DNA of 63,981 bases, the filler included, from Bdellovibrionota bacterium (GTDB lineage Bacteria; Bdellovibrionota; Bdellovibrionia; Bdellovibrionales; JAEYZS01): NCBI GenBank assembly GCA_963169515.1. It is 5 parts of 5 records of this genome, joined end to end, with 100 filler letters (N's around TTAATTAATTAA, not from the genome) between each part and the next. Parts side by side here need not be neighbours in the genome. Positions count along the whole stretch, not along the records: positions 32,314 to 52,030 come from CAUJEF010000086.1; 4 more parts are not named here. One strand, given 5' to 3'. The notes under the pieces are model-generated. The model was not told the origin of the DNA, made no database searches, and worked only from the letters and a program-made list of their open reading frames with translations. A program made the position numbers and the translations under genes. Each line of letters opens with the position of its first letter. The stretch's first letter is position 1. Shown one piece after another: positions 39,573 to 50,670 of this stretch.

Positions 39573-40676
39573 CTATCGGGATGTACGCAGAGCGGGTAAA
39601 CTCATTTTTTTAGCAATGTATCCCCAGTCTTTCCTGTCTTCGGGTGTAATCATGGTTAATGCTTGCCCCGATTGCCCCGCTCGACCAGTTCGGCCAATTC
39701 GATGAACGTAATCGTCGACAGTCATAGGAATATCGTAATTAATCACATCAGAAATATTGGGGACATCCAGGCCCCGCGCAGCGATATCTGTTGCGACCAA
39801 CACGGCAATCTTGCCTGATTTAAAATCTGCGATGGATTTAATTCGTTGTGCTTGTGATCGATCACCGTGAATGCGGCCCACCCTCACTCCAAATTCTTCT
39901 AAGTAACGAGAAACTTTATTGGTTCGATTTTTTGTTCGGGTGAAAACTAAAACGGGTCCCTTTGCGGCGTTAACAAGATCTAAGAGCCGATCATTTTTCT
40001 GAGCTCCAGGGATCTCAATGGTTTTTTGTGCAATCACTGCAGGTGGTTGTTTTGTTTTTCTAACCTCAACTTCAACAGGATCTTTCAAGATGCGGTTTGC
40101 TAGGGCGCGCACATCGTCGGCAAATGTAGCAGAGAACATAAGCGTTTGCCTTTTGTGCGGAATCATTTGCACAACTTTATTCACCTGAGGCGCAAAGCCC
40201 ATATCAAACATACGATCCGCTTCATCAAGAATAAAGCATGTTACATTTTTTAAATCCAAAGCGCGTTGTCCAGCGTGATCGATCAACCGGCCTGGAGTCG
40301 CAATAATAATTTGTGGTTTGCGCTGAAGGCTCTTTATCTGCTTAGTCATTGGCTGACCGCCGATAAGAACTGCATAATAAATTTGTGTATTATGAGCGGT
40401 TAAAGTTTTTACAACATCACCAATTTGTAAGGCTAACTCTCGAGTTGGTGCTAGAATAAGAGTTTTAGAATTCGGACTGCGGATGGTCTGTTCAATTATT
40501 GGAATGATGTAGGCTGCGGTTTTTCCAGACCCAGTTTCGGCTAAAGAAATAACGTCCTTTCCATTCAAAACTGTTGGAATTGTTTTTTCTTGGACTGGTG
40601 TTGGATCTTTAAACCCAACCTTAGATATTGAATTCAATAAGGAATTCGACAGCCGAAACTGTGTAAAATTGTTCAC
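39573..40676 (-). CDS. DEAD-box RNA helicase (RhlE-like)
   Basis: AETGSGKT, PTRELA, DEAD, SAT, ARGLD, HRIGRTGR. Confidence 0.96.
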   Translation of the reverse strand: MNNFTQFRLSNSLLNSISKVGFKDPTPVQEKTIPTVLNGKDVISLAETGSGKTAAYIIPIIEQTIRSPNSKTLILAPTRELALQIGDVVKTLTAHNTQIYYAVLIGGQPMTKQIKSLQRKPQIIIATPGRLIDHAGQRALDLKNVTCFILDEADRMFDMGFAPQVNKVVQMIPHKRQTLMFSATFADDVRALANRILKDPVEVEVRKTKQPPAVIAQKTIEIPGAQKNDRLLDLVNAAKGPVLVFTRTKNRTNKVSRYLEEFGVRVGRIHGDRSQAQRIKSIADFKSGKIAVLVATDIAARGLDVPNISDVINYDIPMTVDDYVHRIGRTGRAGQSGQALTMITPEDRKDWGYIAKKMSLPALRTSR

Positions 40677-40801
40677 AAAATCTCCCTCTAAAATATAAAA
40701 GAACTTTCTAATGAAAGGCCGCTGTGGCTCTTTAAGTCCATTCTCTATAGAGGCAGAAATAAAGATTCGTGTAGAGGTGTAACACCGTTAGCATTGAGAA
40801 G

Positions 40802-42118
40802 CTAGCCCATAATCCAATTTTTAAAGGAATCTTGAGCCGCTTTAATCTGGGTAGCCTTTTTTTGGTCTTTATTCGTTCTAGCTGTAACCGCAGGAAATAG
40901 GCCAAAATTGATATTCGTAGGTTGGGGAGTGCGCTTTTCCTCTTTGGTAATGGTATGGAGTAATGCGCCCATAGCAGATTCACGGGGCGGAAGTGACTGT
41001 GGTCGATCCGTTAATTTTTGAATCAAAAACTTTGAAACCAAAAGACCCATACATGTAGATTCAAAGTAACCCTCAACGCCCGTAATTTGACCCGCTAAAA
41101 ATAGGTTTGGATCATTTTTGGTAGAAAGATCGGGGTTTAGGCTTTGCAGGGCACTGACATATAGGTTGCGGTGGATGCTGCCTAATTTTAAAAACTCTGC
41201 ATTTTCAAGCCCTGGAATCATTTTAAAAACTCGAACTTGGTCAGCATAGGCCATTTTTGTTTGAAACCCTACGATACTGTAAGCCGTGGCTTCTTTATTA
41301 TCTTGGCGCAATTGCACTACAGCGTAAGGAATCTTTCCCGTTCGTGGATCCTCGAGACCAACTGGTTTCATGGGGCCAAATCGTAATGTATCATCGCCCC
41401 TTCGCACGATTTCTTCGATCGGCATACAGCCTTCGAAGTAAGGCACATTTTCGAATTCTTTAAATTCAATTTTTTTGGCTTCTTTAACAGCCGTGATAAA
41501 TGCAAGGTATTGATCGCGATCCATCGGGCAGTTGAAATAGTCCGCCGAACCCTTTCCGTAACGATCGGCTTTCCAGGCTATGGTTGTATCGATTGAATCT
41601 GCATCAACAATGGGGCTGATGGCATCGAAAAAATAGAGGAAGTCTTTTCCTAAAAAACGATGAAGGTCAGAGGCCAGTTTTTCATCCGTTAATGGGCCTG
41701 TTGCAATGACAGCGGGTCTTGGAATTTCATCCAAGGATTCAACTACATTTTCTTTTACAGTAATGTTCGGGTGGGCGAGTATGGTGTCGGTCAGAATTTT
41801 AGAAAAGCGATGACGATCGATCCCCAGGGCTTGGCCCGCAGGTACCGCAGCATCTTTGGCGGCTTTCAAAACGAAGGATCCAAGTTGTTCGGCTTCCCAC
41901 TTTAGCTGTCCAGGGGCTGATTCAGGATTTAAAGATCCAAATGAATTTGAACAAACTAACTCTGCAAAATCCCTTGTCTTGTGGGCTGGGGTCGATTTTG
42001 TCCCACGTCTCATTTCATAAAGGACCACAGAGAAACCGTTATTTGCTAATTGGAGCGCACATTCCGATCCCGCCAGGCCGCCGCCGACAATATGAATTGA
42101 ATCTGTTTTAAAATTCAT
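40802..42118 (-). CDS. trmFO: Folate/FAD-dependent tRNA (uracil-5)-methyltransferase
   Basis: GGGLAGSE, AELVCSNS, FFDAISP, FEGCMPIE, GQITGVEGY. Confidence 0.96.
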   Translation of the reverse strand: MNFKTDSIHIVGGGLAGSECALQLANNGFSVVLYEMRRGTKSTPAHKTRDFAELVCSNSFGSLNPESAPGQLKWEAEQLGSFVLKAAKDAAVPAGQALGIDRHRFSKILTDTILAHPNITVKENVVESLDEIPRPAVIATGPLTDEKLASDLHRFLGKDFLYFFDAISPIVDADSIDTTIAWKADRYGKGSADYFNCPMDRDQYLAFITAVKEAKKIEFKEFENVPYFEGCMPIEEIVRRGDDTLRFGPMKPVGLEDPRTGKIPYAVVQLRQDNKEATAYSIVGFQTKMAYADQVRVFKMIPGLENAEFLKLGSIHRNLYVSALQSLNPDLSTKNDPNLFLAGQITGVEGYFESTCMGLLVSKFLIQKLTDRPQSLPPRESAMGALLHTITKEEKRTPQPTNINFGLFPAVTARTNKDQKKATQIKAAQDSFKNWIMG

Positions 42119-42132
42119 CTAGACTTACCTCT

Positions 42133-42498
42133 ATGAGTGACGATCGAAACAGCAAATTAACTTCGGCCTCTGATGTGCTCCAAGAGCTTTTGGAACATAC
42201 CAAGAATCCCTTGGCAGATCAATTTACACGTTGGAAAATATGGAAGAAATGGAAGGATATTGCAGGCCCAACTATTTCTAAGAATTCTCTTCCGGTTGGT
42301 TTTCACGAAGGAAAACTTTATATTTGGGTCAAGAGCTCAGTGTGGATGCAAGAATTTATATTTATTGCAGGCCCATTAAAAGAAAAAATTAACGGCTATC
42401 TCGGCCGTTATTGGGTGGACCAGGTGAAATTTACTCTCAATAAGCACGAAGTTCCAAACTTTGACGAAGCCTTGGCCCAAGAACCTATTCTGGAATAA
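42133..42498 (+). CDS. DUF721/DciA family protein
   Basis: W..IAG..I...S.P...G.L.I.V.SS.W.QE pattern. Confidence 0.8.
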   Translation: MSDDRNSKLTSASDVLQELLEHTKNPLADQFTRWKIWKKWKDIAGPTISKNSLPVGFHEGKLYIWVKSSVWMQEFIFIAGPLKEKINGYLGRYWVDQVKFTLNKHEVPNFDEALAQEPILE

Positions 42499-42591
42499 AC
42501 TTTCAATAACAAAAGTACGGCTATAAAAGTTGTGAGAGCGCACACCCTTTCCGCGCCGCTTCATGAAAGGGAACGGCGTACCTTATTTCCC

Positions 42592-43374
42592 TTATTTCTT
42601 TTGGATGGTTTTTTGGATGGCATTTTTCATGTATTGGTTGGGTTGGGATGAGCCGCCCAAGAGGGATTTTAATTTTTCATAGACTGTAGGGTCGTTGATC
42701 AGAGCGCCGAGTGTGCCTTCGCCGTTATTGATCTTCTCTAAAATTGTATTCAAATTTATGATGGCTTTTTTCATGTTGTTACGGTCGTCACCTTTTAACT
42801 CTGAAGTTATTTTGTTTAAATTTGTCATGGAAACAGCAAGATTTTCCATAATTCGTCCGGTCCTGTTTTCATGATTAAGATTTTTTGTAAAAATTTGAAG
42901 TTCATTTAATATATCAAATATTTTTTCAAGCTCATTTCCTCGGGTCGTAAGTGCAGTTAAAATGTCAGACGATTCTGAATTTTGCAACCATTCGTCATTT
43001 TCAAGTGGCTTTTCCCCCGGGGGGCCGGGTTCAATTGAAACATATTTGTCTCCGAGTGCGCCTTGGGTGCTTAAACTCGCAACGGATCCTTTTGTAATTC
43101 TATTTTTATATTTTGCCTCTATTTTTAAAGTTGCACTAAGGGTGCTGCCCTCTTCTGAAAACTCGATAGATTGAACATTTCCAACCCGTAAGCCGCTAAG
43201 ACGAACAACGCTTCCCTGGTTCAGTCCGTCAATTTTTTTAAATGCAACATGAAGCCGATATGTACTTGCAAATAAGGAGCTATCTTGTCCCAGCATAAAG
43301 ATTGTGAGCAATAAAAGCAATGTTCCGACGGACATCGCTATACCTACCTTTATCTCCATACTTCTATTCGGCAC
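42592..43374 (-). CDS. mlaD: MlaD/MCE family protein
   Basis: One TM helix, GLNQGSVVRLSGLRVGNV, GALGDKYV. Start GTG 43374 (GAGG upstream) or ATG 43359. Confidence 0.88.
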   Translation of the reverse strand: MPNRSMEIKVGIAMSVGTLLLLLTIFMLGQDSSLFASTYRLHVAFKKIDGLNQGSVVRLSGLRVGNVQSIEFSEEGSTLSATLKIEAKYKNRITKGSVASLSTQGALGDKYVSIEPGPPGEKPLENDEWLQNSESSDILTALTTRGNELEKIFDILNELQIFTKNLNHENRTGRIMENLAVSMTNLNKITSELKGDDRNNMKKAIINLNTILEKINNGEGTLGALINDPTVYEKLKSLLGGSSQPNQYMKNAIQKTIQKK

Positions 43375-43375
43375 C

Positions 43376-44104
43376 TTATACCTCATTTCCATGGACAAAA
43401 TTATAAATAGCACCGGTCGAGTTTTTTAATTCAGATTTTGTCTCGACGGCACCAATTTTGCCTTTGATAATTAATGCAACTCGATCACATACTTCGAACA
43501 CGGTTGGCATATCATGAGTAACAAGAATAGACGTCACTCCTTTTTTCTTGAGCTCAAGGATCATCTCTTGAATTTTTCTTGTATTGTATGGGTCTAATCC
43601 GGCGGTTGGCTCATCATATAGAATTATATCTGGATGCATAATTATCGCTCGAGCGACGCCCACACGCTTTTGCATTCCGCCCGATAGCTCGGATGGGAAA
43701 AGATGCTCATTTCCAAGTAGGCCAAATTCGCCCAAAACATTTTTTATTTTTTGAGAGATTTCGTCTTCTGGAGTGTCTGTGTGTTCGCGCAGTGGATATG
43801 CTAGATTTTCATAAACCGAAAGTGAATCAAATAAAGCGCCGCCTTGAAAAGCATATGCGACTTTTTGCCGAAATGGCAAAAGGTCAATTTCCTTCAAGGG
43901 GGCAATATCCGTTCCGAAAACAAAAATTTGTCCGTGATCGGGTTTTTCAAGACCAATCAAACTGCGCAGCAAAACGCTTTTTCCGCAACCGGATCCACCG
44001 ATCAGGCCCAAGCACTCACCTTTGTTAACATGGAAATTAACGTCAGTATGAACCGTCTTTCGACCGAAGCTTTTTTTAAAATGGATAACTTCGATGACTT
44101 TCAT
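43376..44104 (-). CDS. mlaF: MlaF ABC ATPase
   Basis: GGSGCGKS, FQGGALFDS, LSGGMQKRV, DEPTAGLDP. Confidence 0.92.
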   Translation of the reverse strand: MKVIEVIHFKKSFGRKTVHTDVNFHVNKGECLGLIGGSGCGKSVLLRSLIGLEKPDHGQIFVFGTDIAPLKEIDLLPFRQKVAYAFQGGALFDSLSVYENLAYPLREHTDTPEDEISQKIKNVLGEFGLLGNEHLFPSELSGGMQKRVGVARAIIMHPDIILYDEPTAGLDPYNTRKIQEMILELKKKGVTSILVTHDMPTVFEVCDRVALIIKGKIGAVETKSELKNSTGAIYNFVHGNEV

Positions 44105-44886
44105 TTTTCAAATACCCAAAATAATTTAGTCAGAAAAAAATCACTTATTACAATTAAAATTGAACCAGCAACCACGGATTTAGTTGTTGCGATCCCGACT
44201 CCACGCGTACCTTCTGTTACATTCATTCCATAATAGCAGCCGACAAGGCCGATAAAGAGAGCAAAGAAAAATGTTTTTGCAATGCCGACGACATAATCAC
44301 CAATCTGTACGGTCTGCAAAACTTTAGCAATGAAAAATGTAGGATCTAAACCGAGCTCGCTAGATCCGACAACAACTCCACTTAAAATTCCAAAAGTATT
44401 TGCAAAGGCCGTGAGCAGAGGAAGCGTAATTATAAGTGCCAAAATTCTAGGGACAACAATCCTTTTAATTTCAGATGTTCCAAGTGCACGTATGGCGTCC
44501 AATTGCTGGGTTACCTTCATCGATCCTACTTCTGAAGCGATGCCTGCGCCGACGCGACCCGCGATCATCAGGCTTGTGAATACCGGACCTAACTCTCGAA
44601 TAATGCTGAGAGCAACAATTTTAGGAACATAAAGTTTGCCGCCAAACTTCTCTAAGCCAAAACCGAATTGTAATGTGATGACCATGCCAGTGCTCAAGGC
44701 CGTAATGAAAACAAGTGGAATTGATTTGACTCCAATTTGATAGATCTGATCTACGAGTAAGTCGCTGTAAAATGGGGGCGTGAGCGCATCCTTTACAAAG
44801 CGCCCATATAGAAGACTGAGACTTCCAAAAAAATGAAGGAACTCAATAAAAAATAATCCGGAGGACGCGACCATCGCATTAATCAT
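44101..44886 (-). CDS. mlaE: MlaE permease
   Basis: RELGPV, GRVGAGIASEVGSMKVTQQLDA, VVPR, GVGIATT. Confidence 0.93.
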   Translation of the reverse strand: MINAMVASSGLFFIEFLHFFGSLSLLYGRFVKDALTPPFYSDLLVDQIYQIGVKSIPLVFITALSTGMVITLQFGFGLEKFGGKLYVPKIVALSIIRELGPVFTSLMIAGRVGAGIASEVGSMKVTQQLDAIRALGTSEIKRIVVPRILALIITLPLLTAFANTFGILSGVVVGSSELGLDPTFFIAKVLQTVQIGDYVVGIAKTFFFALFIGLVGCYYGMNVTEGTRGVGIATTKSVVAGSILIVISDFFLTKLFWVFEK

Positions 44887-45370
44887 AAACTTTAAAGCTT
44901 TCTGTAAACTTTGTAAAATTCGTTAGTTCCTTATTGTATTGATCAATTAGCGCGATATACGACAAGCTATAGGTACACATATTTTTTTTGAAAATAATCA
45001 AATTAATCTTAATTGGAACGCCCTCCATCTTACCAAGCACGATGCTTCTTAGGGCTTCACGGTCGTTGTAGTTAATGATGACTTCGTCGATCACTTTAAG
45101 CGCTTCAACCCCAGAGAACGTATTTGTGCGTATAACTTTAAGGGGCAGCGTATTTGCTTTGCAGTCAGAAAAAAAAGAAATTGAATTTCCAGTCGAGGGG
45201 CTTTGCCATGCCCCGTCTGCTTGCGACAGATCTGTTTTTTTAAAAGGCTTGCCTGGGTTATCATAGTGAATTTTGTTAGGGGCTACGCGTGCGCGATCTT
45301 CTGTTGCAAGCTTAACAGAAACGCAGGCGCTGAGAATCAATAAACATATTGCAAAGGTGGTCGTTCTCAT
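44879..45370 (-). CDS. Lipoprotein heading the mlaEFD operon
   Basis: LILSAC lipobox; overlaps the mlaE start. Confidence 0.7.
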   Translation of the reverse strand: MRTTTFAICLLILSACVSVKLATEDRARVAPNKIHYDNPGKPFKKTDLSQADGAWQSPSTGNSISFFSDCKANTLPLKVIRTNTFSGVEALKVIDEVIINYNDREALRSIVLGKMEGVPIKINLIIFKKNMCTYSLSYIALIDQYNKELTNFTKFTESFKVYD

Positions 45371-45584
45371 GTCGAAAAATCCTCTTTGATGTACAAAATA
45401 ACTAACGGATTTTATTGGGTAAAAGTTAACAGGGTATGGGTTGTGTTTATAAGTTGTCCTGAGCTACGGGTTTAAATTTTTTATTACTACCAACGGCTAG
45501 AGTCAATGAAATGTCATACTGACAAAAAAGCTATCAAAAAGAATCGTAAAACTCAGTTTAAAAAGATATAGGAAAATTTTTCCA

Positions 45585-45600
45585 TGGCACTGAGTGTGCT
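45585..45600 (+). promoter_or_regulatory. Sigma54 (-24/-12) promoter of the TPR-EBP-flgBC-fliEF operon
   Basis: TGGCAC-TGAGT-GTGCT (GG-N10-GC). Confidence 0.7.
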
Positions 45601-45779
45601 TTTATTACTCATCGAGGAAACTAGATTGCGGGGGCGACTGTGAAGTTTATTTTCAACGTGTTGAAACGACTTGTGAAAAAGGATGATGAGCGACAGCTGT
45701 TGGGGCAGCCCCTCAATATGTCGAGTGGGACAATTGACACGTATATGTTGTTGGTCCTGATGAAGAAAGGAAAGCGCGG

Positions 45780-48515
45780 GTGAAAGTCCTGATGTTACCA
45801 ATTTTCGTCGTGCTTATGATTGGAAATTCAGCATTCGGCAAAGCTGCCCAAGTTGAGATCCAAAAATTCGACGACGTAACCCATCTGGAATTTTCTGGGT
45901 TGGAAGATTGGAACGTAACTCGTCAAAAGAATGGGAATCGATTCAATATCATCGTGCCGAAGCTCGATAATTCCGCACTTGTAGATTTGAAAACACTTTC
46001 AGACAAATTTATAAAAAAAGTAACGGTTGAGCCGGGTCCCGACGGAAAGGACAGTGTTACATTTATTTTAAAACGATCAGACATCGAGGCTTTTGACTAT
46101 GTAACGGATCAGCCCAGCCGCATGATCTTGGATTTTTTCAAAGCAGAACCTCAAAAAGCTGTATCTGCAAAATCAAATTCAATTGAAAAATCGAACAAAA
46201 AGCTTGCAAAAAAACTTCCTTCAAAGCGAAAGCCGGCATCCGATCAACCGTTGGTTGTAAAGCCGAATCCAAAGCATCTACAAGCAATAGCTGCTAAAAA
46301 ATCCTCCGGTGTGTTCGATGGTGCGGATCCAGAGTACTCACGTTTTGACATCAAAGACTATGAAATTAATCCGGCTGCGGTGATCGCTAGCCGAAGAAAC
46401 TTATACATTAAATTTCCAATGCTTACAATAAGGTCAAATCATCTAAAAGAGCTGTTGGAAACTGCGCCAGTATATGAAATCACGCCCGAAAATTCGAACG
46501 AAAATAAAAAGGCACGACTGCTGCTGACCCTTTTTAATAAAAAACGATTTGTGGTTTTTTTAAAAACACTAGATCTTTTTCGCGAAGAGTTTCCCAAGTC
46601 AAAATATGAAGAAATGTTAGGATTCATGGAGGCTGATGCGTTTTACGGATTGTGGCAAACAGAAGGCAAATTGAGTGATTTTGAAACTGCCATGACCCAA
46701 TACAAACACATGGCACTCAGTTACACAGCATCTCCATTAAATGAAAGAACTCTTCTTTTGATTGGCTATTCATTGGAAGATCGCGGGGACTATTTAGGTG
46801 CATATACAGAATTTCAGCGTTTCGTTCGCGAAAGGCCAAATTCGCTCCATCATCAGCAAGTTAAAATGTCTGTTGTAGACAGTTTGATTATGCTTGGTAA
46901 GTATGACGATTCAATTAAGTCTCTCCAAGATATTGAAAATGATCCATCCATGGGCAAGTACACAATTGAAGCTGCCTATAAAAAAGGGAATGTGTATTTT
47001 GTAACAGGCAATTACGCCAAAGCGATCGAAGCCTATGAAGATGCGTGGAAAAAATATCCTGAATCAAAGACCGAATTCCCAAACGCGCTCTATAATACGG
47101 CGGAAGCCCATTTCTGGAAAGGGCAGTACAAGAAGAGCCTCGACACATTTAGAGAGTTTATAAAAAACTTTCCGAGTAATGAACATGGCGGTTATGCAAT
47201 GACTCGTATTGGAGAGTTATTGGAAATTTTGGGAGCGCCAAAAGGTCGTATCGTGGGTGCATTTCTAGAAAGTATGTTTAGATTCAATGGAACTCAAGGT
47301 GCGGGTATCGCAAATATCAGATTGCTTGGCTATCGTATTCCAGAAAAAACACAAAAAGAAATAGATGATCAAATTCAAGATATCGAAAAGTTTATTAAGG
47401 GTTCTACGCTTTCTCGCCTGAATGACTTCAAGACCATTATGATTGCAGATGGATACTTTAATAAAAAAGAATATAAAAAATCTTACGATATGTTGGTTAA
47501 CTTTTATAAGCAAAATCCAACATCCAACAATTTGGATATATTTTCAAAGCGAATTGTTCGAAATCTTACCGAAGAAATTCGTAGCGAAGTCAATAAAAAG
47601 AACTATCTAGAGGCTATTCGAATCTATGGGATGCACTCGGCCACTTGGCTTAAACAGTCGGATCGACTAGATCTTTCTTATTATATTGCGGAAAGTTTTG
47701 AAAACACAGGCGTGTTTGGAGAGGCCGCAAAGCGGTATCTGCAGGTGCTTAATAAATTATATTCTATTAAGGGCACAGAAGAAGTAGTCGAAAAGGGTGT
47801 GTTTGAAAACTTACCGACAGAGGCTGAGGTCAATCTTCGACTGGCTTCTGTAAACTTTCAACAAGGTGAGGTTGGAAAGTCAAAAGATTATCTTGCTACA
47901 ATAGATGATCAAGGCCTGCGATCTTCGAAGTCAAGGATTGAAAAAGTATATTTGGCATCACAAGTATATGAAAAAATGGGGCAGCTGGATGTTGCAATGA
48001 AATTTTTGAAAGACCTTGCAGAAACCTGGGAATCTAATCCGGAAGAGGTTTCAAAAGTGTATTTGCGATTGGGTAAGTTGCAATTCCAAGCAAAGCAATA
48101 CACCGAGTCCGAAAAGTCATTTGATCGCGTGTTTAAGCTTGCCAGTGACTCTAAGTCTGTTCCGGATTCAGTTGTATATGAGGCCCTTGAACAAAATGCA
48201 GAATTACTTTTACAAAATGGACGCAAAAAAGAGGCTGTAGAGTTTTACAAATCACTGCTCAGCCGCTTTGAAGATAAATTTCCAGCCCCAGCAACACGAT
48301 ATAAATTGGGCAAAATTTATTATGAGCTTGGAAACTTTACTGAAGCAGAAAAAACCTGGTCCTCTCTTGGAAAAAACCCAAGCGCTCAGTTTTGGAATCG
48401 ACTTGCACAAGAACAGTTGTCCCAAGGTAAATGGGAGAATGATTACAAAAAATATATCAATCGAATACCGGCAATGGCCAGTGACAAGATTTCAAACGAG
48501 GGAGAGAAAAAATGA
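45780..48515 (+). CDS. Large exported TPR protein in the flagellar operon
   Basis: Signal peptide; numerous TPR units ([32 protein letters not shown]). Confidence 0.85.
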   Translation: MKVLMLPIFVVLMIGNSAFGKAAQVEIQKFDDVTHLEFSGLEDWNVTRQKNGNRFNIIVPKLDNSALVDLKTLSDKFIKKVTVEPGPDGKDSVTFILKRSDIEAFDYVTDQPSRMILDFFKAEPQKAVSAKSNSIEKSNKKLAKKLPSKRKPASDQPLVVKPNPKHLQAIAAKKSSGVFDGADPEYSRFDIKDYEINPAAVIASRRNLYIKFPMLTIRSNHLKELLETAPVYEITPENSNENKKARLLLTLFNKKRFVVFLKTLDLFREEFPKSKYEEMLGFMEADAFYGLWQTEGKLSDFETAMTQYKHMALSYTASPLNERTLLLIGYSLEDRGDYLGAYTEFQRFVRERPNSLHHQQVKMSVVDSLIMLGKYDDSIKSLQDIENDPSMGKYTIEAAYKKGNVYFVTGNYAKAIEAYEDAWKKYPESKTEFPNALYNTAEAHFWKGQYKKSLDTFREFIKNFPSNEHGGYAMTRIGELLEILGAPKGRIVGAFLESMFRFNGTQGAGIANIRLLGYRIPEKTQKEIDDQIQDIEKFIKGSTLSRLNDFKTIMIADGYFNKKEYKKSYDMLVNFYKQNPTSNNLDIFSKRIVRNLTEEIRSEVNKKNYLEAIRIYGMHSATWLKQSDRLDLSYYIAESFENTGVFGEAAKRYLQVLNKLYSIKGTEEVVEKGVFENLPTEAEVNLRLASVNFQQGEVGKSKDYLATIDDQGLRSSKSRIEKVYLASQVYEKMGQLDVAMKFLKDLAETWESNPEEVSKVYLRLGKLQFQAKQYTESEKSFDRVFKLASDSKSVPDSVVYEALEQNAELLLQNGRKKEAVEFYKSLLSRFEDKFPAPATRYKLGKIYYELGNFTEAEKTWSSLGKNPSAQFWNRLAQEQLSQGKWENDYKKYINRIPAMASDKISNEGEKK

Positions 48516-49474
48516 AAAGTAATGCCATCATTACTTTAGACGCTACAATGAAAAAAATTTTACAGATTTTGGACAATGTGGCGCCAAGCAAAGCGGCAGT
48601 GCTAATTACAGGTGAAAGTGGCACAGGAAAGGAACTGCTGGCTCGCTATTTGCACGCAAAAAGTCCTCGGGCAGAACGAAAAATGATTGCTGTTAATTGT
48701 GCAGCGGTTCCAGAGGGGCTTATGGAGAGTGAGCTATTTGGCCATGAAAAGGGAGCATTTACTGGAGCGATCCAGTCAAAGCCCGGAAAATTTGAGCTGG
48801 CCAATAAGAGCACGCTGTTATTGGACGAAATTGGAGAAATGCCATTGCTTCTTCAAACCAAGCTTCTTCGAGCTTTGCAAGAAAATGAAATTGAACGAGT
48901 GGGCGGTAAATCAACCTTACCTGTTGATGTGCGAATTGTCGCAGCGACAAATAAGGATTTAAAACAACTTGTGAAAAAAGGAATGTTTCGGGAAGACTTG
49001 TTTTATCGATTAAACGTAATACCGGTTCATATACCACCCCTTCGCAATCGTGTGTCTGATTTAAAAATGCTGACACATCACTTTGTTGAGAGTGCCTGTA
49101 TTTTAAATGGAATGTCGATAAAAAAAATATCGGGAGATGCTCTAGAAAAAATTATGAAGTGGGGATGGCCAGGAAATGTTCGCGAGCTTCAAAACATTAT
49201 TGAAAGGGCCGTTCTGTTGTGTGCATCAGATGAAATTGACGAAAACCATTTGGAAATTAACTCAGAAGGTTTTGATATAAAATCCTTGCCATTTACTCCG
49301 GGGATGACGCTTGATGAAGTTGAAAAGTTTTTAATTCTTAAAACTTTAGAATTCACTGAAGAAAATCGAACACACGCGGCCAAGATTTTGGGAATCAGTA
49401 TTCGAACTCTTAGAAACAAACTGAATGAGTATAGCCATAAAAATAAGGAACAAGACTATGAGCAATCTGTTTGA
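48512..49474 (+). CDS. Sigma54 enhancer-binding protein (AAA+ and Fis-HTH, no sensory domain), probable flagellar regulator
   Basis: [50 protein letters not shown]. Confidence 0.93.
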   Translation: MKSNAIITLDATMKKILQILDNVAPSKAAVLITGESGTGKELLARYLHAKSPRAERKMIAVNCAAVPEGLMESELFGHEKGAFTGAIQSKPGKFELANKSTLLLDEIGEMPLLLQTKLLRALQENEIERVGGKSTLPVDVRIVAATNKDLKQLVKKGMFREDLFYRLNVIPVHIPPLRNRVSDLKMLTHHFVESACILNGMSIKKISGDALEKIMKWGWPGNVRELQNIIERAVLLCASDEIDENHLEINSEGFDIKSLPFTPGMTLDEVEKFLILKTLEFTEENRTHAAKILGISIRTLRNKLNEYSHKNKEQDYEQSV

Positions 49475-49871
49475 TAAAACCACAGACGCGCTGTCTAAGT
49501 CGCTGGATATGCGATTACAGCGTCACAATCTTACGTCTGCAAATATCGCAAATGCAGAGACCCCTGGGTTCGTTGCAAAAAAATTAGATTTTGAAAAAGA
49601 CTTAGCCCGGGCACTTGAATTGGAAGGAACTCCAATAATGGACCAAAGCGATCCCAGGCATATGCCCTTTGTTCAAGGTAAAATTGGCCGGGTTTCAGCT
49701 GATATTTATGACAATCCTGAAATTGATTTAAGTAACGACAAAAACACCGTAGATCTTGAAAAGGAAGTTGCGACGTTAACAGAAAACTCATTGGTTTACA
49801 AAGCGGCGGTTGAATTGATTAAAAAAAAGATGGCAGCCCTTAGATATGTAGCTTCGGACGGGGGTAGATGA
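49458..49871 (+). CDS. flgB: Flagellar basal-body rod protein FlgB
   Basis: [18 protein letters not shown]. Start MSNLF at 49458 after AAGGA. Confidence 0.95.
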   Translation: MSNLFDKTTDALSKSLDMRLQRHNLTSANIANAETPGFVAKKLDFEKDLARALELEGTPIMDQSDPRHMPFVQGKIGRVSADIYDNPEIDLSNDKNTVDLEKEVATLTENSLVYKAAVELIKKKMAALRYVASDGGR

Positions 49872-50308
49872 TGGATTTTATGACTGCAATGCGAGTCAGC
49901 GGTAGTGGCATGACGGCACAAAGGTTGAGGATGAATACAATTTCATCAAATTTAGCGAACGTAAATACGACGCGCACTCCTGAGGGGGGGCCGTATCGTA
50001 GAAAAGATGTGGTCCTTGAGGCAATGCCCGAGCAAAGAAATTTTGGAGAAATCCTAATAGATAAAGGTGATCGAAATTTACAACGGGTGCAAGTGACAGA
50101 TATAGATGTCGATCGCAGAGCGCCATTAATGAAATATGATCCAGATCATCCAGATGCGGGGCCGGATGGTTATGTAGCAATGCCGAATATTAATGTAATG
50201 GAAGAAATGGCAAACATGATCCAATCGCAACGATCATACGAGGCCAATGTTTCCGCTTTTAATACGTCAAAGAATTTGGCGTTAAGTGCAATTGATATAG
50301 GAAGATAA
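49868..50308 (+). CDS. flgC: Flagellar basal-body rod protein FlgC
   Basis: SNLANVNTTR, PYRRK, YDPDHPDA, RSYEAN. Confidence 0.97.
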   Translation: MMDFMTAMRVSGSGMTAQRLRMNTISSNLANVNTTRTPEGGPYRRKDVVLEAMPEQRNFGEILIDKGDRNLQRVQVTDIDVDRRAPLMKYDPDHPDAGPDGYVAMPNINVMEEMANMIQSQRSYEANVSAFNTSKNLALSAIDIGR

Positions 50309-50324
50309 ACGTAGGGGGTAAGCC

Positions 50325-50660
50325 ATGGATGGCTTGTCGTTAAGAAATATAGACTCTGGCATTCAGCAGGCAGCGGATGGATTTCAAAATAAGTCTGTAA
50401 CTTCATCCGGCAAAAATGATATCAAATCAAATGAGGTAGCAGATTCTTTTGCGGGTACGCTGAAGGCCGCAATCAAAAATGTCGATAGTTTGCAAAAAGA
50501 AGCTGATATTAAAATGCAAAAACTTGCAACAGGTCAGAGCACTGATATTCACGGGACAATGATTGCAAGTGAGAAGGCAGAAATTGCCCTAAAATTTATG
50601 GTTCAAGTACGAAATAAGATTATTGATGCTTATCATGAAATTATGAAGATGCAGGTCTGA
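50325..50660 (+). CDS. fliE: Flagellar hook-basal body protein FliE
   Basis: VRNKIIDAYHEIMKMQV C-terminus. Confidence 0.96.
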   Translation: MDGLSLRNIDSGIQQAADGFQNKSVTSSGKNDIKSNEVADSFAGTLKAAIKNVDSLQKEADIKMQKLATGQSTDIHGTMIASEKAEIALKFMVQVRNKIIDAYHEIMKMQV

Positions 50661-50670
50661 GGAGGATCAG

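Noticed and set aside
45371..45779. c-di-GMP riboswitch in the flagellar operon leader
   Set aside because: I could not identify the conserved class I or II riboswitch elements by eye; an Infernal/Rfam scan would decide.
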